Shown piece by piece: positions 19,801 through 26,840 of a DNA stretch of 64,000 nucleotides; position 1 is the first letter of the stretch, and each line of letters begins with the position of its first letter. The stretch covers positions 85,171 to 149,170 of the forward strand of contig CAYOWH010000001.1 in assembly GCA_964407615.1 (NCBI GenBank), given 5' to 3'. Origin of the DNA: an uncultured Bacteriovoracaceae bacterium. GTDB taxonomy: Bacteria > Bdellovibrionota > UBA2428. A model generated the notes under the pieces. That model did no database searches. It had not been told where the DNA came from and saw nothing but the letters and a program-made list of their open reading frames with translations. Both the position numbers and the translations under genes were made by a program.

Positions 19801-22800
19801 TATAAAGAACACAATGATAAAACCTTAGGTTTCTTAAAGAATTTATTAGAAGAAATAATTAAAGAACTTTTGAGTAGCGAGTTCTTTAAGAAAAATTTAA
19901 ATATTTCTGAAAACGAAAATGTCTCGGATTCTTTTGATTTTGGTAAGGATAAAAATAATTATCCAGATATTGACCTTCCTATCGACCCTTCTGAAGTTAA
20001 TTCAAATGTAAATTTAAATCCTGGATTCTTTTACTATGAATCAGATTTTAATGATAAAATTCTTACAGATGTAGATAACCGTGCAAACAATATTTTAAGA
20101 AAATCCTTAAAATTTATGAATGATTTGGAATCAGGTTTTGTAACTGGAGATGGTAAGAATCTTCAAAAAGGAGATCCTGCTGATAATTATGTTAAAGATA
20201 TAATTATTGATACTCAAGATTCTTCTTCTAGTTCATATTTAGTAAAAGGTGGTTCGGGAGACAGTTTTAAAGAATTAATGTTGAATCCAAATGCATCTGT
20301 AAAAATAAATTTTCAGCAAGATTCAATGACTACCTTAACTGCAAACGATATTGCCTTTATAGATATTAAAAATCTTGTTGAAAGTTCTCAAAGTGAAGTT
20401 AGACTTCAAACTTTAACAGATAAAATAAAAGAAATTCAAGATAAAACTAGTTCTATAGATATTGCTTTTGGTTCTAGAACTGGATTCTTAAATGAACCGC
20501 TAAGTTTATTGAATTTTTATAAAACATATAATCAAAAAGGCGATTCTTTATTCTTTGGAAATTCAGATACAGAAAAAGCTATAGCTGGCAAATTAGGTAT
20601 TTTTGACGATGCAGATTTAAGTAATAACAAAGAAGACATTTCTATGGTTATGAAACAATCTGGTAGAAAATTGTTCCAAAAACAATTTAAGATGCAAAAA
20701 GCATATCCTACATTTAGATTGTTTTTAATTGAAGAAGATGCAATTGAATCTGATACTTATTTTGTATTTGATGATTTTTATTCATTTAGCGCTGTGAAAG
20801 ATTTTACTGTTTACAAATCTAAAAAATTAGCTGCAGATACTGCAATTATAAGATTACAAAATGTATCTGGTGTACTAGATGGTACTAAGTTAGGTGTAAT
20901 TAGAGATGTAGATTATGAAATGGCTACTAATAGAATAAAAGAAGTTGAAGCAGAAAAGAAAGCAGAAGAGAAAAATACTCAAGTAATTGAATCTCTAGTT
21001 CTAAGGCCTGGTGTAGCTTGTCAATTGAGAGCTGGTTATTCATCTAATCCAAAAGAATTAACTATTCTTTTGTCAGGTAAAATAGCTGATGTTTCTTGGT
21101 CTTCTAGTGGAGATATGTGTGAAGTAGTAGTTCAATCTTTTGGTGTAGAATTAGAAGTTAGAAAGTATGGATCTAGTGATGTTGATTCAGGTGTTAGTGA
21201 ATTGGAATTCCATACTACTCATAAATTACTTGGTTGGTGTATGTTTAGAAATGAATTGAAACATTTTGGACGATTTAAAAAAGAAAGATTATTCCAAACT
21301 GGGATTAGTAATTCTGAATCTAAAGAAGTTGTAATATCTAAAGAAAGTTATATAGGTACTCCACCTGGCTATAGTGATAGTATGTTTCAATTCTTCCAAT
21401 CTAATTGGGGGTGGTTTGTAGTTGCTGACGTACTTTTGTCTGTAGCTACTGTCTTTATTGGTGGTGCTAGAGGACTTGCTAAAGAAGCTGTTTCTGAAGC
21501 TACCGAAGCTGTTGCTAAGACTGCTGCTAAAGAGGCAGGAGAAGAAGTAGTAGAAGCTGTAGCTAAAGAAGCTGCTGAAGCAACAGTTACAGAAGCAACT
21601 AAAGCTGCTGCTAAAACTACAGCTAAAGCTACTTTTATTAGTAAGACTGCACAATATTTAGCTTCTGCAATGAATATCTCTGATAATCTCTTAACAGGCA
21701 CAAAATGGTACTCTAAAGGATTGTTAGCTCCTTTTAGATGGGCTTTTGGATCTGGTTGGAATCCAGGTGCAAATACAGTAATAGTTAACAATGTATTAAG
21801 AAGAATTGCAAAGGATACAGCGGGTTTGTCAGATGACGCTTTAGAAGCTGTTGTCAAAGCAACATTACTTGAAAATGTAAAAGGAGGACGAGGTCCTTTA
21901 TTAACTACCCTAGGCAAAATATTTGGTTTAAATGTAGCAGTTGCTGGTTCTAATTTAAAAAGATTACTAACAGTCAGCCCTAAAGCTGTATTGTCTGGAA
22001 TTCAAAAAGCAACTAAAGAGGGAGTTCTAGATCAAAAGGTTGCTAATGCATTAGTTAAAGAAATGTCTACTAGTTTTAATGTTTTGTATGCTGGACGTAG
22101 TGCTCTTGAATCTTTTAGTTTAGGTTTTGTTAAAGCCAGCAAATTCTCAATATTAGCATTAGGCATAGGCGCTAGTATCGATATTGTTTCTAATATAGTA
22201 TCTGCTAGTACTGGTTATTTATCAGATTTAATTAGTAATACTTTAAATCCTTATTCTGAAAAAATTGCTTTATCTCCTCAAGATGATGCAATCTATGCAC
22301 CTCACCCAGACAGATACATAAAGCCTAAGAATGAAACAATAGGTGTTAGATTTGCTGATATTATGAAGAAAACTGGAATTGCATTTTTAAATGCAATGTC
22401 TATGTATCAAGCTGAAGCTAATGCTGAAAAATTACAGAAAGATATAATACTTGGAAGAACATTAGCAATGGACAAAAGAATGTATTCTAGTTCTGGAGAG
22501 AATATATTTAAATTAAAGAATCATACTATCTGGGAAGTCTTTCATGAGATGTCTTTGAGACATCCTGGTTGGGTATATGGTGCTAGACATTATGGTACTG
22601 GTTTAGAATATAGAATGTTTTTTGGTTTACCAAATCAAAGATATTTTGGTGCGCCATTAAATAATAGAACTATTTATCGGATGAATGATATTATTCGTGC
22701 AATTTCAAATAATGATTTAGCTAGTATGCGTAAATTAGTAGGCGAAACAGCTAATACTATTGACAATTATTTAAAAGATACAGAAGGATTAAAAGCAAAC

Positions 22801-24279
22801 TTTGATACAGCCAAATCAGCAATGTATAAAAGCATACTTTTAAATGAATGGAATAGAGTCACTGAAAAAAGATTTACACCTTTTAGAAATTATCATTTAG
22901 TATCAAGTAAATTTAATTTAGTTGCTAATAATATCAAAGGTGTAAATAATGATGTAATTAATGAAATCGCTGTTTTGTTTGTTAATAATTCTAGTACTGA
23001 AAATCCTGAATATACACAAAGAATTATTAGATCACACGAGAATATACCTGAAGATCAAATTCATGCTAAAGCTGTAAAATATGACAATTGCAAAGGTTTT
23101 AACAGTGCTTTAAGATATGGTACATCTGAATTATTAAACGCAGCTAAAGAAATGTATGCTGGCGAAATTTTAATACTTGGGAATCCTGAAATAAATCCTT
23201 ATGATGTGATTCTTTTAGATGATCAATATTCTGAGATGTACGGTCCTATTGAAGTAGAAGCTGTTACTCATATTTTTAGTATGGATACTGGTTTTATTAC
23301 TGAAATCAAACCAAATGCTTTAGTAACTGCAAATGAAGGTTTAACTTATCCTATTATTAATAGTGTAATTATGTATGATGTTGGTAGAGAATTAGCAGAG
23401 AAATCTCCTTTTGATTTTGTGAATACTGTAAAAACATACAGAAAAAATCCTAATGATGAAAAAAGTAAAAACACAATTAAAACTAGATTAAATGAATTAG
23501 TTAATAAATGGTTTGATAAAGAAGTTGGTACTTTTGAATTATTTGGTCTTTTTCCAAATACTGTACAAATTGGTTTTTCAGATTATCTAAAGATGGATGA
23601 TAATCAACAAGCAAAAATTAAAGAATCAATTGTTGAAGATTTGTTAAAACAAGTTCAAACAAACAACATTGTTTTACAAGCAGAAATATTAAATCCAAAT
23701 GCATCTATCGATTCTTTAATCGATACAAGTGCTATCACTGGTCTCTTGAGTAGTGCTGCAGCTATTGCATTAGCTACTACTGTAAAATTTGGTACAACTA
23801 AACTTCCTATTGCTTTCTTTACTGCTTTAGCAGCAGCTAGTGGAAATTTTAATTCAGTTATTAATAACCAATTGAGAACACCTGACAGTCTTCTTGCAAA
23901 TAAATTAATCCCTGGAGACATGTTAGTATCTCAAGTAGCTGATGGAAATCTTATGCAAATATTTCCTTTGTACAAGAATAATAAACCTTTAATTTATGCA
24001 GGCTATGATAAGATAAATGCTAAACGCAGAATTAAAAATAAGTTTGGAAATATATTTACTGATTTCTCTGATGCAATGGAAACTTTCAACATAATGTTGA
24101 AAGAATATGCAAATAAAGAAAATATTATTTATTCTGAACCTAATTTTGTTGCTGAAACTGCAGGTATACTAAGTGATGCTGCACAAAGTCTTTTGCCTTT
24201 TAAATTACCTGAAGGTACTATTAGAGGGTATATAAATTCTTATACTCCAGATCAACTGATAAACAAATCATTAAAGTAG
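13846..24279 (+). CDS. Giant tail megaprotein (3477 aa): M15/LAS peptidase domain + TM segments + split baseplate-hub (gpD/XkdQ-like) domain
   Basis: Single 10.4-kb ORF, ATGA-coupled to the upstream gene. The domains listed as separate features below were recognised by motif. It is followed directly by XkdS-like and Baseplate-J-like genes, the position normally held by tape measure and hub. Confidence 0.6.
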   Translation: MNELGVKGLMTAKEWQKNQHLTDADFGVPTGIQEILYFFKSSVGEGEDKDKIVAKENTSFFLNQLSILEKKIRKTIIIAEYSFGCYPCNNGFYTLFGNKFVNNDARDLNGSNQYIERPFYIDSEKKILIDFLNPVFSSSSPDSAEYSLSSFSKKYSINSNEDYRKYLKNNFIFIIFYSYEFSSIESLTNSQLDFFAIDRMSNKFLKTGLSQYYYFKDSQLKHLFNKKDPNDDSQKLYFVYGTDNKSPMTQGFSIYISKIKGNPNFTERLATPPTRDIFDPASFFNKYNDLQKPNVTKEEAEERIKKFLFTYLGITAPSISAKLDGEYYDIENEIIIPPNQFANIMDKSLKADRYGTKGDPDAVDSLTKGIPGFFKNKSIPSPFVGITNIIIQEILTKEKVTGYQISKFTINEFDFSKTSDEVNQLIASNYQAFLKENYNVIAKSFYETFLKKMLEISPPEKKEIIEPVAIVPELATPEPPAPAPQPEPEPIVAAPPPPPPPPEPEIKPVVEEPKPVEPWPLKYLTKEDLSNFKEINSVLNGNETESPYQPWLNKDYISNIFTKTKVLPLTIEDGLDFKTKDNVLVSVSGGINSLTANIPILGQAYPTTQFLSSMEPNYQLNLIASNNMHANGLEDSASDLPNAIKRLEEINTTTLRTAREYKFVPDGSSILVDSFITRLFGSFKEEYVILENLDDANSYYVTLKKPINIESTEYRTLESNPGASAYSMRLSETNVYDPEVLKEVTTNKKLKNDQLYNEVVNYALMNCDSSSYMNRFVDTKENILVNNIETGDVFEWQTKYFKSWDFFGQYLNKKDELKKLLEEKQIARIVNLNLYDLASTYLDPLFEELAKDANLAKFFKGIKITSGFSTDEDDTRTTFSQHYFGSAVDIVVPNFNALHIVRILQKISNTVNRKIGIGVYGNDILKKNYYKGIETDVADLTWCTVMDGQKATTGFVHVDLRLNMLDQLEYDSKLETYANSNNTTVQNLKTFDKRKFSSLTQEEKDTYFALRKLKMESFKKDINNPNYEPEYQSSVFWSADTEGSYAVGYNDEKIDVFKTNIAPAEASHQFTIYDVYLGKASLSYLHLYNYFDQNYYNNNEIFINKSNDMNHMNQYYKSLFTSFRSSIINTETNTPLDSDDVNNIDDVDADIDTDIVKTTNSLEFSKETSLYDESLRQEKFFNQLDELFNRDTIDYVLGINYEQKKFSELEDPVKQKLMSSNVTNESPVYIYDIDNGSELISSEKYNDFYHKYRAANPQLSSTATEVLTAYFKENKIDAYVEEDDKSIFTDYKIYILDPLTTSTFTKRQTSNAAEEIKVKKLLTMICDFHLLAGILLIEPYVYLDDEKEIKKEIARFNSTFYGISVVPLYFNNLYYAITGLSLESYQNEGIQPYNQQELLGKKNQLTNFLSNDGINSKSYVSKFTKTKDDWTISRKLESTTAFIAVATLIGAVALSVISAPALILGMIFAGYTMYQGLESAEKDRTGLIFGRGSSHELYSSNWFNLALLKGVILDSSGVNGSLTNSERLGISILNQIYTQIEYDKDLNFNLQTLYSKMNNGEEIWDFTTDIVKQYLIENPIILKYSKLSKYFKESNQGLTFSLSNIIDQNFFENEEKKEKSGLINNGFTESSFAQDWLKYILGFPYQEGLPYFKENHTIQIDNVKKNQSKDSNNIQFEYFSGILDEVNEIFEETDALIPKISMEEKKEELNKNKSEFEEKIKSLEESKTEINLRIKKAKDDFSKDKTVTALDGLKRSTFEDNLKLLNEELNKNLEDSKPIIEKLKEINNNIKKLDTSLYLKDIFEQGKELYKNTNINILYPSGETTVSNLANVDWTSLYSFFSTIPLPDKPDARNDVLKNFKQKLTLTDNFISIFLGERKYVQRPNHVKEPGKYFFFSQSQNVIVEDFLQSFALYSNETKEKYVLDESKLQNNFYFEDEINKLYNKNEFFTANYQYNRSNKDLKYENLKDLFFNIPSGLKQGICTAYKEHNDKTLGFLKNLLEEIIKELLSSEFFKKNLNISENENVSDSFDFGKDKNNYPDIDLPIDPSEVNSNVNLNPGFFYYESDFNDKILTDVDNRANNILRKSLKFMNDLESGFVTGDGKNLQKGDPADNYVKDIIIDTQDSSSSSYLVKGGSGDSFKELMLNPNASVKINFQQDSMTTLTANDIAFIDIKNLVESSQSEVRLQTLTDKIKEIQDKTSSIDIAFGSRTGFLNEPLSLLNFYKTYNQKGDSLFFGNSDTEKAIAGKLGIFDDADLSNNKEDISMVMKQSGRKLFQKQFKMQKAYPTFRLFLIEEDAIESDTYFVFDDFYSFSAVKDFTVYKSKKLAADTAIIRLQNVSGVLDGTKLGVIRDVDYEMATNRIKEVEAEKKAEEKNTQVIESLVLRPGVACQLRAGYSSNPKELTILLSGKIADVSWSSSGDMCEVVVQSFGVELEVRKYGSSDVDSGVSELEFHTTHKLLGWCMFRNELKHFGRFKKERLFQTGISNSESKEVVISKESYIGTPPGYSDSMFQFFQSNWGWFVVADVLLSVATVFIGGARGLAKEAVSEATEAVAKTAAKEAGEEVVEAVAKEAAEATVTEATKAAAKTTAKATFISKTAQYLASAMNISDNLLTGTKWYSKGLLAPFRWAFGSGWNPGANTVIVNNVLRRIAKDTAGLSDDALEAVVKATLLENVKGGRGPLLTTLGKIFGLNVAVAGSNLKRLLTVSPKAVLSGIQKATKEGVLDQKVANALVKEMSTSFNVLYAGRSALESFSLGFVKASKFSILALGIGASIDIVSNIVSASTGYLSDLISNTLNPYSEKIALSPQDDAIYAPHPDRYIKPKNETIGVRFADIMKKTGIAFLNAMSMYQAEANAEKLQKDIILGRTLAMDKRMYSSSGENIFKLKNHTIWEVFHEMSLRHPGWVYGARHYGTGLEYRMFFGLPNQRYFGAPLNNRTIYRMNDIIRAISNNDLASMRKLVGETANTIDNYLKDTEGLKANFDTAKSAMYKSILLNEWNRVTEKRFTPFRNYHLVSSKFNLVANNIKGVNNDVINEIAVLFVNNSSTENPEYTQRIIRSHENIPEDQIHAKAVKYDNCKGFNSALRYGTSELLNAAKEMYAGEILILGNPEINPYDVILLDDQYSEMYGPIEVEAVTHIFSMDTGFITEIKPNALVTANEGLTYPIINSVIMYDVGRELAEKSPFDFVNTVKTYRKNPNDEKSKNTIKTRLNELVNKWFDKEVGTFELFGLFPNTVQIGFSDYLKMDDNQQAKIKESIVEDLLKQVQTNNIVLQAEILNPNASIDSLIDTSAITGLLSSAAAIALATTVKFGTTKLPIAFFTALAAASGNFNSVINNQLRTPDSLLANKLIPGDMLVSQVADGNLMQIFPLYKNNKPLIYAGYDKINAKRRIKNKFGNIFTDFSDAMETFNIMLKEYANKENIIYSEPNFVAETAGILSDAAQSLLPFKLPEGTIRGYINSYTPDQLINKSLK
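15259..15399 (+). other. Proline-rich linker (PELATPEPPAPAPQPEPEPIVAAPPPPPPPPEPEIKPVVEEPKPVEP)
   Basis: A locally GC-rich run of CCN/GAA codons inside the 3477-aa ORF, separating an N-terminal ~470-aa region from the rest. Confidence 0.8.
16210..16745 (+). other. Peptidase M15 / LAS-family zinc D,D- or L,D-peptidase domain (virion-associated cell-wall hydrolase)
   Basis: KITSGFSTD...TFSQHYFGSAVDIVV...IGIGVYGN...GFVHVDLR gives the S-x-H-x-x-G-x-A-x-D and H-x-D zinc-ligand motifs. By my count these are H882, D889, H957 and D959. Confidence 0.65.
20698..21175 (+). other. Baseplate hub / late-control-D (gpD, XkdQ)-like domain, N-terminal part
   Basis: KAYPTFRLFLIEEDA...AADTAIIRLQNVSG...VLRPGVACQLRAGYSSNPKELTILLSGKIADVSWSSSGDMCEVVVQSFGVELE matches the usual pattern l.pG..v.l.aGY.....l..lf.G.I..v. 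Confidence 0.5.
21406..21630 (+). other. Transmembrane helix followed by an Ala/Glu/Lys/Thr periodic low-complexity helix, inserted within the hub domain
   Basis: WGWFVVADVLLSVATVFIGGARGL, then AKEAVSEATEAVAKTAAKEAGEEVVEAVAKEAAEATVTEATKAAAKTTAKA. Repetitive GCT/GAA/AAA codons. Confidence 0.7.
23158..23325 (+). other. Baseplate hub (gpD/XkdQ-like) domain, C-terminal part
   Basis: AGEILILGNPEINPYDVILLDDQYSEMYGPIEVEAVTHIFSMDTGFITEIKP matches the typical hub C-terminus G.i.l.G.p.i.p.d.v.l....sg.~G.y.v..v.H.....Gy.T.i. Confidence 0.5.
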
Positions 24280-24285
24280 GTTTTT

Positions 24286-24807
24286 ATGAGTCAAAAAGTT
24301 AAAGGTATCAGATCTAATTTTAATAAAGCTGTTAATAATTCAGAAATTTTTAAAGCATCTTTTAACAAAGACATGAAAGTCTTTGTTCACGCTTTAGTTA
24401 TCGATATTGTTAGTGGAAACAAAACTTCTAGTAGATTTTTACCTGATGAAAAATTTGATCAAGGTGGATTCTTTGTTATTTGTGGAGTTGAAAAACTAGA
24501 AAGAATTATTTCTATACAAGTTAAAAGTTTAACTTATGATCAAATTAGACAGCAATATGGATCCGACTTCAATATCATTGGTAGAAGAATTTTAATAGAG
24601 TGCAATGCATATGATGAGTTTTCTATTAAAGCTGGGATAATTAATTTTGACCCGCCATATCAAACAAACTACTATGAAAATGAAGATAGAAATGTTCCTA
24701 TTAGTTATGGGAATATGTTTGGACATTCATCTAGAAAAGAAGATAGAATGTTTTACAATCAAGAAGCTAGTGAAAATATTGGCTTTAATTGGAGACCTTT
24801 AATATGA
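24286..24807 (+). CDS. Hypothetical baseplate-core protein (173 aa)
   Basis: ORF between the hub megagene and the XkdS-like gene. ATGA overlap with the next gene. No motif recognised. Confidence 0.55.
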   Translation: MSQKVKGIRSNFNKAVNNSEIFKASFNKDMKVFVHALVIDIVSGNKTSSRFLPDEKFDQGGFFVICGVEKLERIISIQVKSLTYDQIRQQYGSDFNIIGRRILIECNAYDEFSIKAGIINFDPPYQTNYYENEDRNVPISYGNMFGHSSRKEDRMFYNQEASENIGFNWRPLI

Positions 24808-25160
24808 GTAATGTATTTGTCGGGCCGCAAAATAAAACAATAAAAGCTCAATTTAATTCATTCTGCACTGCAGCTTTAGTATGCGAAATGAATAACATTG
24901 TACTTACTGCTGGCAGTCGAAATAAAACAAATTTAATTGAAGTATCTGATAATGGTATTTATATGCAACCTGCATCAGGACAATCTATCACTCTAGGAAC
25001 TTATTCTATTAAAGGACCTTTACATTATGAAAATCCAATCATATTTAATAGAATGCTACCTGGTGTAACTCAAGCACCTAGTGCATTTTTTAGTTTAGAT
25101 ATGTTAAAAAAAGGAGTACAAATTGGTACTGCTTTAGGTTCACTAGGAGTTATATTATGA
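24804..25160 (+). CDS. Hypothetical baseplate-core protein (118 aa from ATG at 24804)
   Basis: The ORF track starts at 24789. ATG 24804 forms an ATGA overlap with the upstream stop, and the product begins MSNVFVGPQNK. Hydrophobic C-terminus. Confidence 0.55.
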   Translation: MSNVFVGPQNKTIKAQFNSFCTAALVCEMNNIVLTAGSRNKTNLIEVSDNGIYMQPASGQSITLGTYSIKGPLHYENPIIFNRMLPGVTQAPSAFFSLDMLKKGVQIGTALGSLGVIL

Positions 25161-25591
25161 TTAGAGATTTAATCTATACTGAAGATTGTGATTTTTATTT
25201 AGATCAAAACAGAAATATTTCAAAAACAAATGATGACATAAATCTAAGTAGACTTAAGCAAACTATTATAAAAAGATTACAGACTACATATTCTGATTAT
25301 GTAGTACCTAGTAGAGATAATATACTTACTGCAGATCTTTTAAATTATTTAGGAAAGAACATTGATGAAGATCTTTTGAGAACATTGAAATACAATATAT
25401 ATAATGTTTTAACATACGACGGTTTAGTGGATTCTGCTAAATTAAAATTTGTAAACGAACAAATATTTCAAACAGAAGTTTATTTGTTAATATCTATTGA
25501 ACAAACGAAAAGCTTACCTATTTATTTAAATATAGTTTATGATACAAAAAACAATCATGTTGTTCCTAGAATTTTAAGAAGATTAGGTTAA
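25157..25591 (+). CDS. Baseplate wedge protein, XkdS/DUF2634 or gp25/GPW-like
   Basis: 144 aa, lying immediately upstream of the J-like gene. The pattern LSRLKQTIIKRLQTTYSDYVV...LLNYLGKNIDEDLL..LKYNIYNVLTYDGLV resembles the XkdS/gp25 family core. Confidence 0.4.
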   Translation: MIRDLIYTEDCDFYLDQNRNISKTNDDINLSRLKQTIIKRLQTTYSDYVVPSRDNILTADLLNYLGKNIDEDLLRTLKYNIYNVLTYDGLVDSAKLKFVNEQIFQTEVYLLISIEQTKSLPIYLNIVYDTKNNHVVPRILRRLG

Positions 25592-25595
25592 TATA

Positions 25596-26837
25596 ATGCG
25601 AATACAAAATGTTGATGTTGCTAGATACTCTTCTAGTTTGAGAACAAGAATAATGGAGTCTCTAGGTGCGGAAAGTAGTTATACTAGTGATTCTCTAATA
25701 AATATTATATCAGAAGTTTTTAGTCAAGAATCTGCAAATTATGTAAATCAATTAAATACAGTTTTAGATTCAATGTCTGTTTTAAATGCTAAAGGTAGCT
25801 CACTTGATACACTTGCTTATTCCATGTATGGTTTAAGTAGATATCCTGCTAGAAAAGCAAATGTAAAGGCTAGCGATTATAATATTTATTTTACAGTGGC
25901 TAGAGGAAAAACTAGTTTTGGTGATATAAATGATGGAGCTTCTATCACTATTCCTGCGGGTACTATTTTATCTACAAACGGAAGTATAAATTCAACTGGA
26001 AGCATTAGATACGTTGTTTCTAGTAATGTAGTTTTAAGTTCGAATTCTAATGTAGGTTATGTATCTGCTATAGCAGTTGGTGCTGGTAAAAGCTTTAATT
26101 TAAACAAAGGTTTAAATTATCATGATTTTACAAATTATTATGATTTTGAAAATAACACGCTTTTAGTTTCAAATACTTACCCTATTTTAAATGGTTCTGA
26201 TGCAGAAACAGATGAGAATTTTAGATTTAGAATAATGAATCATTTAAATTCATTAAAATTTACAAATTATAATAATGTTTTATTTAGTAGTTTAAATATA
26301 CCAGGGATTATTAATGTCAAAATAATAAACTCTTATTTTGGAGTAGGTACTGCAGCTGTAGTTTGTTTTGGACAAGCAAAGCAATCGAATACTGAATTAG
26401 TTAAAAAAGTTCAAAATATATTAGATGCGAAAGATTCAAATAATTTTCGTTTTATAGCAATTGAACCTAGAAGACTAAATCTCGATATAAAAATTACATT
26501 AAATCTTTCTAGAATAGATTCTACTGATGAAATTAAAAATAGAATTGAAAATGCAGCTCAAGAAAATGTTCTTAACTTTTTTAATCAGAGAATTGGAGAA
26601 AACAATTATTTGCTTTCTGAATTTCACAATTCTTTGATTGATACTATTAATCGATTTTTAGTTAAACCAATATTACCTTCTAAAGATTATATACCCGTTA
26701 TCAACGCCTCAAAAGTATCTAACAACGATATTATAGAGCAATACTCTTTAATAAGAATAAGTGATGATATCTTTTTACAAGATGATGAAATGGTAGATGT
26801 CGCTAAAATAACTTTTGATTTTAAGTTAAAGGATTAA
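25596..26837 (+). CDS. Baseplate J-like protein (XkdT / gp6 / P2 gpJ family)
   Basis: 413 aa. N-terminal LINIISEVFSQESANYVNQLNTVLDSMSVLNAKGSSLDTLAYSMYGLSRYPARKANV fits the Baseplate_J signature (A.G..LD.LA...G..R..A..A). Synteny after the gp25-like gene supports the call. Confidence 0.6.
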   Translation: MRIQNVDVARYSSSLRTRIMESLGAESSYTSDSLINIISEVFSQESANYVNQLNTVLDSMSVLNAKGSSLDTLAYSMYGLSRYPARKANVKASDYNIYFTVARGKTSFGDINDGASITIPAGTILSTNGSINSTGSIRYVVSSNVVLSSNSNVGYVSAIAVGAGKSFNLNKGLNYHDFTNYYDFENNTLLVSNTYPILNGSDAETDENFRFRIMNHLNSLKFTNYNNVLFSSLNIPGIINVKIINSYFGVGTAAVVCFGQAKQSNTELVKKVQNILDAKDSNNFRFIAIEPRRLNLDIKITLNLSRIDSTDEIKNRIENAAQENVLNFFNQRIGENNYLLSEFHNSLIDTINRFLVKPILPSKDYIPVINASKVSNNDIIEQYSLIRISDDIFLQDDEMVDVAKITFDFKLKD

Positions 26838-26840
26838 CCT

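Noticed and set aside
21289-21917. Two long antisense ORFs (121 aa at 21289-21654 and 176 aa at 21387-21917), Ala/Ser-rich, inside the 3477-aa gene
   Set aside because: They lie exactly opposite the repetitive GCT/GAA/AAA-codon (Ala/Glu/Lys) segment. The reverse complement of such repeats is automatically stop-free. They have no RBS or operon context, so I treat them as compositional artefacts.
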